64,000 bases of DNA, taken from an uncultured bacterium (GTDB lineage: Bacteria; Patescibacteriota; Dojkabacteria; SC72). Under the pieces are notes generated by a model. That model saw only the letters and a list, made by a program, of their open reading frames with translations. It searched no databases and was not told the DNA's origin. Numbering within the stretch: position 1 is the first letter of the stretch; every line of letters starts with the position of its first letter. A program made the position numbers and the translations under genes. This document shows, one piece after another, positions 10,440 through 20,006 of the stretch. The DNA lies in assembly GCA_903840015.1 (NCBI GenBank), contig CAIMEL010000024.1, positions 1,057 through 65,056 on the forward strand, read 5' to 3'.

Positions 10440-12273
10440 CATATTAGCTCTTACTCTCTCACTCGCTCAAAAAACATCTGCTGCAGAACCATTTCAAATA
10501 TATACCTCTTTTGAACATAAAATAGAGAGCAAAAATATCTCTACGGAGACAATACTTCAAATAAGGTCTGACTCCCCAAGAGTCATCTCATACTACACAG
10601 CATCAATCCCCCAGAAGAATCTTGATATTCTCTGTTACCTTGTCAAAACTAACAAAAGAATCAACTGTACAACATTCCACAGAGGCTCCAATACAGATGT
10701 ATTACTGGAATTAAATAATGCGGTTGTAAAAAAAGATGCTCCATTGGAAGTAATGCTAAGATATAAGATAAGTAATGACAGTAGCAATGCTTTCAATATA
10801 TCCTCGAAAATATTGGATACAACAACAAGCTCTGTTTTAATCCAGTATCCGAAAACAATTGGAGAACCGTTATGGACATCCGATCCACTAAGTAGCATCA
10901 AAGCTGTTAAAGATAGTTATCAAATATTAATTAACAAACCAATCCATCCAACAATATCAATACTCTTTGGAGAGAAAGTAAGTTACAAATTCTCCATATC
11001 TAGAAATTTACAAAATACAACTGAAGAAAATCAAACATTTGAATTAATAGTTCTACCTGACACTAAAGATCAAACAGTCATATGGACAGACATATCTCCT
11101 CTCCCAAACAGTGCAGTATTAGATGAAAATGGTAATTATGTTTTCAAATATATAGTCCCTCCAAGCCAAAGTATGGAATGCAAGATTGATGGGTATATAG
11201 AAAAGATCATTTCGGAGGAGAAAGAGAAAGGAGCTGACCATTTAACCAAACCAACAGGTTACTGGAAAATTGTTAACTCTTCGGAATGGATTAGGGTTCA
11301 AACATATATGAAGAGACATAATCTTAATATCTTGAAAGATTTTGATGATATCGAGAGTTTAAAAACTGAAGAAAAAGAAATATTCTACAAAGCACTCTAC
11401 AAATATGTTGTAGAGAAACTTAATTTCAACAAGAACCTTACCCTCGGTATAGAAACAACTGCTCGATTGGGAGCCAATATTCTTACCGAGTCGGCTTTAG
11501 AATCCGCACCAATCGATTATGCAGATTTCTACATTGCCCTACTCCGTCATTACAAAATCCCAAGTCGAATGGTCATCGGATATGTCTCTGAAATATCAGG
11601 ATATACTGCTGATGGCTTCTACCACTACTGGGTAGAGTATTACGATTCAACTTTGTCAAAATGGATTATAGCTGATCCTTTTCTTTCTGACTATTTGAAT
11701 AAAGATCTATTCAAATCAGATTTCTTCGATCATATAACTGTACTTAAAAGAGGGAAATCAAGTGTATCACCAAATATAACCTTCTACAGTGAAAATGATT
11801 TCAAGGTTGAATTCTCACCAAGTGAAAAAGAGGAAATCTCCTTCTCCCCTACTGCAGAGCTAACATTTGAGAAGCTAAAAAGTACCGATCAATATCTAAA
11901 AGGATATCTTTACATACTAAATAGCGGAAATATTGCAATCAATAGACATTCTTTGGAGAAATCGAACATTGAAAATGTTCGTAAATATATAGACCCAGTT
12001 AATAATATATATTCCAAAATCATTCTTCCAAAACAAAGCGCAACAATACAGTTAAACATACCGTACAACAGTATCCATACATCAAATATTTTCTTAAACA
12101 TAACCCTAGCAAACAACTCCTCTAATCAGAAGAATTTCTTACTAGAACAGAATGTTACAGAAATTTTACCCATATATATTTTAATCATTAGTAAGATTAT
12201 ATCTATTTCCGTTTTTCTAGTTGGTTTCTTTCTGATATACTTCGGTATAAAGAAAATTCGAAAACATGGATAA
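10393..12273 (+). CDS. secreted, C-terminally membrane-anchored protein with a transglutaminase-like core whose catalytic Cys is replaced
   Basis: Signal peptide (LALTLSLAQKTSAAEP). TGase-like core IDYADFYIALLRHYKIPSRMVIGY...HYWVEYYD...IIADPF: the His and Asp are present, and Tyr sits where the nucleophilic Cys of the G-x-C-x-DFA motif should be. C-terminal TM helix ISISVFLVGFFLIYFGI. Confidence 0.5.
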   Translation: MRGLIGYLKKILFLSSILALTLSLAQKTSAAEPFQIYTSFEHKIESKNISTETILQIRSDSPRVISYYTASIPQKNLDILCYLVKTNKRINCTTFHRGSNTDVLLELNNAVVKKDAPLEVMLRYKISNDSSNAFNISSKILDTTTSSVLIQYPKTIGEPLWTSDPLSSIKAVKDSYQILINKPIHPTISILFGEKVSYKFSISRNLQNTTEENQTFELIVLPDTKDQTVIWTDISPLPNSAVLDENGNYVFKYIVPPSQSMECKIDGYIEKIISEEKEKGADHLTKPTGYWKIVNSSEWIRVQTYMKRHNLNILKDFDDIESLKTEEKEIFYKALYKYVVEKLNFNKNLTLGIETTARLGANILTESALESAPIDYADFYIALLRHYKIPSRMVIGYVSEISGYTADGFYHYWVEYYDSTLSKWIIADPFLSDYLNKDLFKSDFFDHITVLKRGKSSVSPNITFYSENDFKVEFSPSEKEEISFSPTAELTFEKLKSTDQYLKGYLYILNSGNIAINRHSLEKSNIENVRKYIDPVNNIYSKIILPKQSATIQLNIPYNSIHTSNIFLNITLANNSSNQKNFLLEQNVTEILPIYILIISKIISISVFLVGFFLIYFGIKKIRKHG

Positions 12274-12682
12274 CTCAGTAATCTTTACAATCATAATCCT
12301 TCTCCTTTTAATAATACTCTTTGTGGCTGTTTCTCTAGGTAACAAGAGGGTTAGTATTACGAAGAAAAAACATATCCTTACAAAACTAGAAGAACTACGA
12401 CTTACATCTTCCAGCCAAGAATCATCTGTTCGAAGAGATTCCATCATAAAATTGGACAATCTACTATCCAAATCTTTACAATACTACTTCAAAAACAGTA
12501 ATCTCTGTGGAGAGAACCTTAAAATTGCATCAAAAATATTCAAGAAGAAAGAATACAACGATCTCTGGGATGTACATAAGATTAGGAACAGGATAGTGCA
12601 TGATGATTACGATATTACTCAGCAAGAGGCTGAAAATGTATACGGTATATATAAGATGAGTATATTAAAAATATTAAAATGA
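12266..12682 (+). CDS. small N-terminally anchored protein with a HEPN-like R-x4-H motif
   Basis: TM helix IFTIIILLLLIILFVAVSL; C-terminal KIRNRIVHDD fits the HEPN R-x(4-6)-H signature. Confidence 0.3.
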   Translation: MDNSVIFTIIILLLLIILFVAVSLGNKRVSITKKKHILTKLEELRLTSSSQESSVRRDSIIKLDNLLSKSLQYYFKNSNLCGENLKIASKIFKKKEYNDLWDVHKIRNRIVHDDYDITQQEAENVYGIYKMSILKILK

Positions 12683-13323
12683 TTAAGAAAATACTTTTTC
12701 TCCTTCTAATACTCTCTCTACAAGCATCTGCAGTATTTGCCACTGGAACAGATCAAGTAGAAGAAGAAAACCCGTTGCCTGTAACAGCCCCTGTTGAAGA
12801 AGAGGAGAAGCAGGTTGTAACTGTTGTGAATGAAAATACTACAACTGTAACAAACAAATATTTTGATTTAACTCTTGTTAAAAAAAGTCAATCTGCTTTT
12901 GGGAAATACGTTCCATACGAACTAAGAATTACACCACATCTAGATTCTCCTAAAACTCAAATTCTCTGGAACAGTCCAAGTACACTGTCCATAACACCAA
13001 GACACAGAGAGTTTCTAGCTATGCGGACAGGGCAAACATATACTGTAAAGGCAAATGTAAAACCGTTGAGACACGGGACATATGACATAACTGTATCTGT
13101 TATTTCCTGGCAATATAATACTAATTATACAAATGCAGCATCAGACACCCTTACATTTGATAAATCCTTGGTATCACAACCTGTTAGTGCAGAATATCAA
13201 ATCGTAAACATACTGAAATATCTTGGAATTTTAATACTGTTTGGGATTCTCTGTTTTGTAGTGATCAAACTTTCTCAGAAGTATTCCAAGAGAATTAAAC
13301 AGTGGTTAACACCACCATTTTAA
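12679..13323 (+). CDS. secreted protein with a C-terminal membrane anchor, hypothetical
   Basis: Signal peptide LLLILSLQASAVFA, acidic linker, beta-rich domain, C-terminal TM helix LGILILFGILCFVVI. Confidence 0.4.
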   Translation: MIKKILFLLLILSLQASAVFATGTDQVEEENPLPVTAPVEEEEKQVVTVVNENTTTVTNKYFDLTLVKKSQSAFGKYVPYELRITPHLDSPKTQILWNSPSTLSITPRHREFLAMRTGQTYTVKANVKPLRHGTYDITVSVISWQYNTNYTNAASDTLTFDKSLVSQPVSAEYQIVNILKYLGILILFGILCFVVIKLSQKYSKRIKQWLTPPF

Positions 13324-13523
13324 TCTTCCAGAAAATACCCTATTGATTTACCAAGCTCTTTTGCAATTTTTAAAAGGTTGCAAACGGGAGGGTAAACATT
13401 ACCTTTCTCATAAATACTAATAGATTTGTCAGAGAGACCAACCCTTAGGCCTAAATCTTTTTGAGAATATCCTTTCTCTTCTCGGGCAGTTCTTAATCTT
13501 TTTGCAAATATTTTACTATTCAT
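13320..13523 (-). CDS. XRE-family helix-turn-helix transcriptional regulator (67 aa)
   Basis: Cro/C1-type HTH: YSQKDLGLRVGLSDKSISIYEKG. Confidence 0.75.
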   Translation of the reverse strand: MNSKIFAKRLRTAREEKGYSQKDLGLRVGLSDKSISIYEKGNVYPPVCNLLKIAKELGKSIGYFLED

Positions 13524-14098
13524 AAAGTATTACCAAAAAATAATTTAAGAACCTTGTCTAAAAACGACTCCTTCTTCTCAGGAAAAGATCTGTTTCCTAC
13601 CATATAGTATTGATTCTCAGATACTGCATAGCTCTTCCTGGAATCCTCTAATATCTCTTTGTTTGTAAGATATGGTTGATCTTTTCTTGCTCTTAAGAAC
13701 TCAATAGCTGAATTTTTTTCATTAAGTAATCTCTTTAGTTCTAGATATTCATCACTTTTATCCTTAATATACCCTTTAAGTTTCAAAATACTATTTTCGG
13801 AAAGCTTGTTTCTTTCAAGCAAACTAGGATATTCCAAAGCTTTCTCAATAATCCTCTTATGTTCATCACTCTCAAGAAGTTTCATTACAATCTTACTTTT
13901 ATCTCCTACAGAGTATCTATGGAAAGAAAGCTCTCTAGAGCTTGGTTCTCGACCTAATACTGATAGATAAATCTTTTTAATCTCTTCACTCTTCTCAGAT
14001 GCAGAATCAACAGGAAAGAAGCTTTTGTAAGAACCACCTTTCATATAGTTATCTGTACTATCTCCCTTATCCCATATTGGAACATCAACGTTTTTCAT
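13520..14098 (-). CDS. hypothetical protein with a DUF4214-like segment; its stop overlaps the start of the HTH gene
   Basis: IKKIYLSVLGREPSSRELSFH resembles the DUF4214 consensus (Y..LGR.PD..GL..W). ATGA-type overlap with the downstream XRE gene suggests co-translation. Confidence 0.35.
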   Translation of the reverse strand: MKNVDVPIWDKGDSTDNYMKGGSYKSFFPVDSASEKSEEIKKIYLSVLGREPSSRELSFHRYSVGDKSKIVMKLLESDEHKRIIEKALEYPSLLERNKLSENSILKLKGYIKDKSDEYLELKRLLNEKNSAIEFLRARKDQPYLTNKEILEDSRKSYAVSENQYYMVGNRSFPEKKESFLDKVLKLFFGNTL

Positions 14099-14156
14099 AT
14101 CAACGATTATATTACAAATTGTGGATAATTTACAGCAGGGGAACCATTACACAAAA

Positions 14157-14233
14157 TGGAGCGGGAGACGGGGCTCGAACCCGCAACCCTCTGTTTGGAA
14201 AACAGATATTCTAACCAATTGAACTACTCCCGC
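14157..14233 (-). tRNA. tRNA-Gly (anticodon UCC), CCA encoded
   Basis: Reverse complement GCGGGAG-TA-GTTC AATTGGTTA GAAT-A-TCTGT TTTCCAA ACAGA-GGGTT-GCGGG TTCGAGC CCCGT-CTCCCGC-T-CCA. Confidence 0.85.
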
Positions 14234-14258
14234 AAGAGTATATATAAATATACAAAGA

Positions 14259-14699
14259 TTACTTACTTTCTTCAACCACTTCTTCTGCCGACTCTTCAAC
14301 TACCTCTTCTTCTCCTGTTACTGGTACTTCAACTTCATCAGTCAAATACACATCTTTAACATTTCCAATCTTAAGAGCTCTTCTACCAACCCTATCTCTT
14401 AAATAGAAAAGTTTTGATTTAGAAACAGTACCTCTCTTAACAACCTCAATCTTGTCTAAAATTGGAGAATGCAATGGAACAATCTTCTCAACACCTACAC
14501 CGTAAGAAATCTTTCTTACAACTAAGTTTGTATTAATACCACTTCCCTTAATAGAGATAACAACTCCTTGAAAAACCTGTATTCTTTCCTTGTTACCTTC
14601 TTTGATTTTGAGATACAATTTTACATTGTCCCCTACCTTAACTTCAGGTCTTTTCTTTAAAAAACCATCCTCTATTGTTTTAAATATACTTTTCTCCAT
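14259..14699 (-). CDS. rplS: 50S ribosomal protein L19 with an acidic C-terminal extension
   Basis: MEKSIFKTIEDGFLKKRPEVKVGDNVKLYLKIKEGNKERIQVFQGVVISIKG...; the start is taken at the internal Met of the longer ORF; C-terminal EEEVVEESAEEVVEESK tail. Confidence 0.9.
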   Translation of the reverse strand: MEKSIFKTIEDGFLKKRPEVKVGDNVKLYLKIKEGNKERIQVFQGVVISIKGSGINTNLVVRKISYGVGVEKIVPLHSPILDKIEVVKRGTVSKSKLFYLRDRVGRRALKIGNVKDVYLTDEVEVPVTGEEEVVEESAEEVVEESK

Positions 14700-14785
14700 G
14701 ACATTAATATTTAATATAATTTGATTAGCAGTTGTGATTATAGAATAAATTTCGAAAATATGCCACAATATACCATCAACTGCCT

Positions 14786-16315
14786 ATGAGACTAAAACAA
14801 AGTGTACTCTTAATAATACTAGATGGACTTGGTACTGCACCAAAGAACGCTGGAAATGCTGTAGTTCTAGCAGATCCAAAGAACCTCTCTAGCTTCTGGA
14901 GTATATTTCCCAAAACATATTTACTGGCCTCGGGTGAATCCGTAGGTTTGCCCAAAAATGTCAAAGGAAATAGCGAAGTTGGCCATCTAAATATTGGAGC
15001 GGGAAGAACGGTAAGTCAAAACCTTCCTAGAATAAACAATGCAATAGCAAAGGGTATGCTTCTCAAAAACAACACTCTCGGAGAAGCATACATTCATGCT
15101 CAGAAATTTGGTAGTAATATTCATTTGATAGGATTACTAAGTGATGGTTCCGTACATTCACATATAGATCATTTTAAAGCCATAATTGATTACCTTTCAA
15201 AAACAAATTTCCCAAACAATGTATACATTCATGCAATCACCGATGGTAGAGATTCTCCTCCCAACAAATCACTTGAATATATTACAGAGATAGATAGATA
15301 TTGTCTTGAACATGGTGTTGGCACCATCGGTACAATCATTGGAAGATACTATGCAATGGACAGGAATAAGAAATGGGATAGAACTCAAAGAGCCTACTAT
15401 CTTTTCGAACAGAACTTCGGAGAGAAATTCCCTTCATATACTACCGCTATAGAAGCACAATACAGTCGTGGTCTTACCGATGAATTCATAGAACCGATTG
15501 TTGTGAATGCCAGCAGAGTACAGGCAAATGATGTTGTTTTGTTCTTAAACTACAGACCAGATCGTTCAATTCAAATCACAGAAACATTCTTAGATCCAAA
15601 TTTCTCCGGTTTTAACAGAAAACCAATTCCCAACCTCTTTGTAGCAAGTATGGTTGAATACAAAAAGAATTTTCCTCAAAAAGTCATATTCCCAAAACAG
15701 TACATGAACTTAACACTTGGAAAAATCATAGAAGCTGCAGGTGGAAGACAATTAAGGATAGCAGAAACAGAGAAATTCCCACATGTAACATACTTTTTCA
15801 ATGGGGGAGTATCAGTTGTTTACAAAAATGAAGACAGAATACTCATACCTTCTCCAAGAGTAGCTACATATGACCTAAAACCAGAAATGAGTGCTTTGGA
15901 AATAACAACAACATTACAAAGAAGAATATCTGCTCAGATATATGACTTCATACTTCTAAATTTTGCAAATATGGATATGGTAGGACATACAGGGAACTTA
16001 GAGGCAGGTATAAAAGCTGTCCAGGTCATAGACAACTGTGTACATGAGCTAGTAAGGTCATTTACAAGCTATGGTGGTGCAGTAATCATAACCTCTGATC
16101 ATGGAAATGTTGAAGAAATGATCAACCTCGATACGAACCAAATAGACACTGAACACTCACTAAACCCTGTACCTTTCATCCTTGCTGGGACTCAAGTACA
16201 ACAGAAAACTCTCCCATACGGATCATTAAAAGATATTGCACCGACAATATTGGAAATAATGGGTATACCAAAACCAAGTGAAATGACAGGGAACTCCCTA
16301 ATTAGACTTGCGTAA
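14786..16315 (+). CDS. gpmI: 2,3-bisphosphoglycerate-independent phosphoglycerate mutase (copy 1)
   Basis: LIILDGLG...GNSEVGHLNIGAGR...; full-length iPGM architecture, 509 aa. Confidence 0.9.
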   Translation: MRLKQSVLLIILDGLGTAPKNAGNAVVLADPKNLSSFWSIFPKTYLLASGESVGLPKNVKGNSEVGHLNIGAGRTVSQNLPRINNAIAKGMLLKNNTLGEAYIHAQKFGSNIHLIGLLSDGSVHSHIDHFKAIIDYLSKTNFPNNVYIHAITDGRDSPPNKSLEYITEIDRYCLEHGVGTIGTIIGRYYAMDRNKKWDRTQRAYYLFEQNFGEKFPSYTTAIEAQYSRGLTDEFIEPIVVNASRVQANDVVLFLNYRPDRSIQITETFLDPNFSGFNRKPIPNLFVASMVEYKKNFPQKVIFPKQYMNLTLGKIIEAAGGRQLRIAETEKFPHVTYFFNGGVSVVYKNEDRILIPSPRVATYDLKPEMSALEITTTLQRRISAQIYDFILLNFANMDMVGHTGNLEAGIKAVQVIDNCVHELVRSFTSYGGAVIITSDHGNVEEMINLDTNQIDTEHSLNPVPFILAGTQVQQKTLPYGSLKDIAPTILEIMGIPKPSEMTGNSLIRLA

Positions 16316-16921
16316 AACTTTTCGACTATTCCAACCGATATACACAGCGACAACAACAAGAAGCAATATCAATATCACATTCTCATATCTCTCTACATAT
16401 ACCGAAACCATATCCCACCTATCTCCGAGAAAGAAACCTGCACTTGCAAGAATACTAGACCATATACCAGCACCAACAAGAGTATAGATTGAGAATTGAG
16501 CAAAGTTCATTCTTGCAACACCCGCAGGGAAAGATATGACTGTGCGAACAATTGGAATCAACCTTCCAAAGAAAACAATCCCTCCACCATACTTCTCAAA
16601 CGCATCAAACCCTTTCTGTAGATCATCTTGGGATATAAAAAGATATTTTCCATATTTCTTTAGAAATTCCATAACAAATTCATTTCCCCACCTTCCAATA
16701 AAATAGAAAGGAAGTGTACCCAAATATGCAGCTACTGTTGCCACAACAATAACAATATATATATTCAAACTGCCTCCAAATGCTACAAATCCAGAGAATG
16801 GCAATATTATCTCACTTGGTATCGGTGCAAAAAAACTCTCAATAAACATAGCTATGGCAACACCAGGATAACCAATAACCTCAATCAAATTTACTAACCA
16901 ATCAATAACAGAAGAAATCAT
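16298..16921 (-). CDS. DedA/SNARE-associated family membrane protein
   Basis: GYPGVAIAMFIESFFAPIPSEIILPFSGF matches the DedA signature; multi-TM. Confidence 0.7.
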   Translation of the reverse strand: MISSVIDWLVNLIEVIGYPGVAIAMFIESFFAPIPSEIILPFSGFVAFGGSLNIYIVIVVATVAAYLGTLPFYFIGRWGNEFVMEFLKKYGKYLFISQDDLQKGFDAFEKYGGGIVFFGRLIPIVRTVISFPAGVARMNFAQFSIYTLVGAGIWSSILASAGFFLGDRWDMVSVYVERYENVILILLLVVVAVYIGWNSRKVLRKSN

Positions 16922-16938
16922 AATCCATATCTTTCATA

Positions 16939-17490
16939 TTAAATAGATGAGTCAAGATGCAAAACCAAACTATTACCCACCTCTACACCATTCGTCTGAC
17001 AAAAATTTGCATTAACCTCTAACACATACTTAAACATACTCTTAGAATTAATACCTGGACAGTAATTAGCAGTACATGGTTCTTGAGCTTCCTTAATATC
17101 AACAATATACCCATCAGTATCAACAAAAAGAATATCCAATGGAATATACATATCCTTCATCCAAAAAGCAGAGTTTACCTTCTCATCAAATATGAACAAC
17201 ATACCATCATAATCACCCAAATACTTTCTGTTTGACAAACCCATTCTCCTTGAAACATCATCATCTGCAACCTCTACATTAACCTTAATACTCTCCCCTC
17301 CCTTTTTGTAAATCTCAACATAACTCACAAGCTCTTCCTCATCTTCATTCTCCTCAACCTCTTGCTCAGTCTTCTCTTCTGCATTCTTGTCAACCAAAGC
17401 AATATCAAAAAGCTTGAATCTGTCCTGCAAAAACAGAAAGATACCTGCCATCATTCCAAGATATATCAATAATTTCAATTGATTATTCAT
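16939..17490 (-). CDS. DUF192-family protein with an N-terminal signal/anchor and acidic linker
   Basis: MKDMYIPLDILFVDTDGYIVDIKE matches the DUF192 core. Confidence 0.55.
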   Translation of the reverse strand: MNNQLKLLIYLGMMAGIFLFLQDRFKLFDIALVDKNAEEKTEQEVEENEDEEELVSYVEIYKKGGESIKVNVEVADDDVSRRMGLSNRKYLGDYDGMLFIFDEKVNSAFWMKDMYIPLDILFVDTDGYIVDIKEAQEPCTANYCPGINSKSMFKYVLEVNANFCQTNGVEVGNSLVLHLDSSI

Positions 17491-17599
17491 ACCTACATAA
17501 TATATGTATACAGCAATAGTATCAATACTAAAAAGTATTGACTACTCTACACATTTCATATATCCTTACTCTTTGTAACATCACGCCTCAAAACAAATT

Positions 17600-19828
17600 A
17601 TGCAAAGCTTCAAAAAGTATTTAAATCCTTTGTACAAGGATCTGGAGCAAATTGCAGACTTTTCAAATATTACCAATGAAAATACACTCATAGGGGATGA
17701 ATATCCACATCTCGAGAAAGTAACTAAGATCAATTTAAAGAAATTACACTTTCTACTTCCCAAATTAGACAAACTAGAAAAAGAACTTGAAGAACAAATA
17801 TTTCTCATTGATACTGAAAGTGATCTTGATGCAAAAAAGGAAGCCAAATCAATCTACAACAAAATATTGGTTGAAATTGAAATACTCGTGCAAAGAATAA
17901 ATAATGAACTAATAGCTCTTGACTCTCCATACTTTGGAAAAATCATATTCAATCCATCAGATTCAAGAACAGGCAAACCAATAATCATGTATATTGGGAA
18001 ATTTGCATTACTAGATAATGATACACACATTCCACTAATAACAGACTGGAGATCCCCGATAGCAAATCTCTACTACCAAAACTCTGGACCTAAGAAAAAT
18101 GTTTCCTTTGAAGCTCCTGTTGGAATTAGACAAGGAGACTTAGAACAGAAAAGACAGTTTCAGATATCCAGAGCACGAATAAATGGAATATATGATGCAA
18201 AATCAGGAAATGTAGCAGCAGATGAATTTCTTCTCTCGCAACTTAATCAAAGACTTGGTAAAAAACTTCAAGATATTGTTTCTACAATACAAACTCAACA
18301 AAACGATATCATTAGAGAGCAGCTTTACAAACCAGTACTAATACAGGGTGTTGCGGGTAGTGGTAAAACAACAATTCTTCTACATAGATTGGCATACCTC
18401 TTCTACACCTACAAAAATGAAATACGTGCAGAGAATTCCCTAATCATAGCTCCAAATCAAATGTTCATAGACTATGTCTCTGACGTATTACCAAGTTTAG
18501 GAATACATTCTGTTGATACTCAAACATATCTGTTCTGGGGCAAGAAGATTTTAGGTTGGGATAGATACTACACAGTATCTGCAGAAAAAGAAGATTTGGA
18601 TATCAAGCAGTTTAAAGGTTCCATAAAGTTCTTGAAAATTTTAGACACCTACTTCAATGATTTTGAAGCTACGCTTTTAGCAAATATACCCTACTCCAGA
18701 AAAGACATAATTGAGAAAAGATATCTAGAACTAAAAGCACAGTTTTCGAATATTGACATGTACGAGAGAGTTGATTTAGCCATAGAGTATGCATTTGCAC
18801 AGAAACAGTTTAAACAGGTTAGGACTGGAACATTAGATAGGAACTATGAGTATGACCAAAACAAGAAGAGGGAAATACTTACTTACTTCAAGAACAGTTG
18901 TAATATATATTCTCTCTACAAAAATCTCTTTAAAACAGATCTTGTATCAAAAGATACAGCTAAATATACACTGAGTGGATTAACACAAAAAGGTAGACTA
19001 CATACATACAGGGTGGAAGATCTTGCCCCTATGGTATATCTACATCAGAAAATGTTTGGAACAAAGAATATTGAAAGAGAGTATGTGATGATTGATGAAG
19101 CCCAAGATATGAGTTATGTGCAATTGAATACACTTCTGAAGATAGCTAAGAATGGGAATATGACGATAGCGGGAGATTTAGCACAATCCATAATTCCTCC
19201 ATTCTACATAGATGATTGGGATGTTTTGATTAAGATGATTAAGAATGTTTTGCAGAAAGATACCCAATACTATCAATTGAACAGATGTTACAGAACTACT
19301 ATTGAGATTGTTGATTTTGCAAACAATATTTTTAAAGAAAGATTTCCTAAATCATACAAATTACCAGAGGCAGTTCTTAGACATGGAGATGATGTTAAGG
19401 TTTTGGAATATGATACGGATGTTGTTAATTTGAAAAAAGAGGATATTAAGGAATTGGTATTGATTATGAAAGAGCAGTTTACAAAGGGTGCAGTTACATG
19501 TGCATTGCTTTGTAGAGATCGTAATCATGCAGATAGGTTGTTTACACTGTTTAAAGAGTATGAGGATGTTATAGATAGGAGAGTTATTAGTTATGATGAG
19601 AATGATTATCATAGTGGATTGCTTGTATTACCTATTGAGAATGCAAAAGGATTGGAATTTGATACAGTTATTTTTGCAGATTTGAATTCTAAATATTATG
19701 GAGAGGATTTACTTAGTATTAAACTTTTGTATGTAGGTATTACAAGAGCTTTACATAGGGTATTTGTTGTTAGTAAGAAGGGGGATAAACAGACCATGCT
19801 TCTAAAAGATTTGACAAGAACAAATTAG
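17600..19828 (+). CDS. UvrD/Rep-superfamily helicase with a long N-terminal extension (HelD-like)
   Basis: Motif I VLIQGVAGSGKTTILLHR, motif II MIDEAQDMS, motif III AGDLAQSI, motif VI YVGITRALHRVFVV. About 340 aa of N-terminal coiled-coil region, as in HelD (helicase IV). Confidence 0.7.
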   Translation: MQSFKKYLNPLYKDLEQIADFSNITNENTLIGDEYPHLEKVTKINLKKLHFLLPKLDKLEKELEEQIFLIDTESDLDAKKEAKSIYNKILVEIEILVQRINNELIALDSPYFGKIIFNPSDSRTGKPIIMYIGKFALLDNDTHIPLITDWRSPIANLYYQNSGPKKNVSFEAPVGIRQGDLEQKRQFQISRARINGIYDAKSGNVAADEFLLSQLNQRLGKKLQDIVSTIQTQQNDIIREQLYKPVLIQGVAGSGKTTILLHRLAYLFYTYKNEIRAENSLIIAPNQMFIDYVSDVLPSLGIHSVDTQTYLFWGKKILGWDRYYTVSAEKEDLDIKQFKGSIKFLKILDTYFNDFEATLLANIPYSRKDIIEKRYLELKAQFSNIDMYERVDLAIEYAFAQKQFKQVRTGTLDRNYEYDQNKKREILTYFKNSCNIYSLYKNLFKTDLVSKDTAKYTLSGLTQKGRLHTYRVEDLAPMVYLHQKMFGTKNIEREYVMIDEAQDMSYVQLNTLLKIAKNGNMTIAGDLAQSIIPPFYIDDWDVLIKMIKNVLQKDTQYYQLNRCYRTTIEIVDFANNIFKERFPKSYKLPEAVLRHGDDVKVLEYDTDVVNLKKEDIKELVLIMKEQFTKGAVTCALLCRDRNHADRLFTLFKEYEDVIDRRVISYDENDYHSGLLVLPIENAKGLEFDTVIFADLNSKYYGEDLLSIKLLYVGITRALHRVFVVSKKGDKQTMLLKDLTRTN

Positions 19829-20006
19829 AAAATATACATTAATAAAAATGTAGGAGATCTTTAACACATATCCTACATGGCCATTTATTACGAATATGTG
19901 TTGTCCGGAACGAACCTGTACAAAAGTTCTTTTGCTTTCCGGATTGGATAATTTTTTCCAATTCATAATTATATAAATTATTATAATTATCTAAGATGAG
20001 AAAATC

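Noticed and set aside
19871-19960. Possible riboswitch or sRNA in the 178-nt gap between the helD-like gene and the TasA-like gene (CCGGAA..25 nt..TTCCGG and an upstream hairpin)
   Set aside because: Only short imperfect palindromes with no recognisable riboswitch consensus. The first hairpin is more simply a terminator for the helicase gene. Reported only as a remark within the helicase finding.
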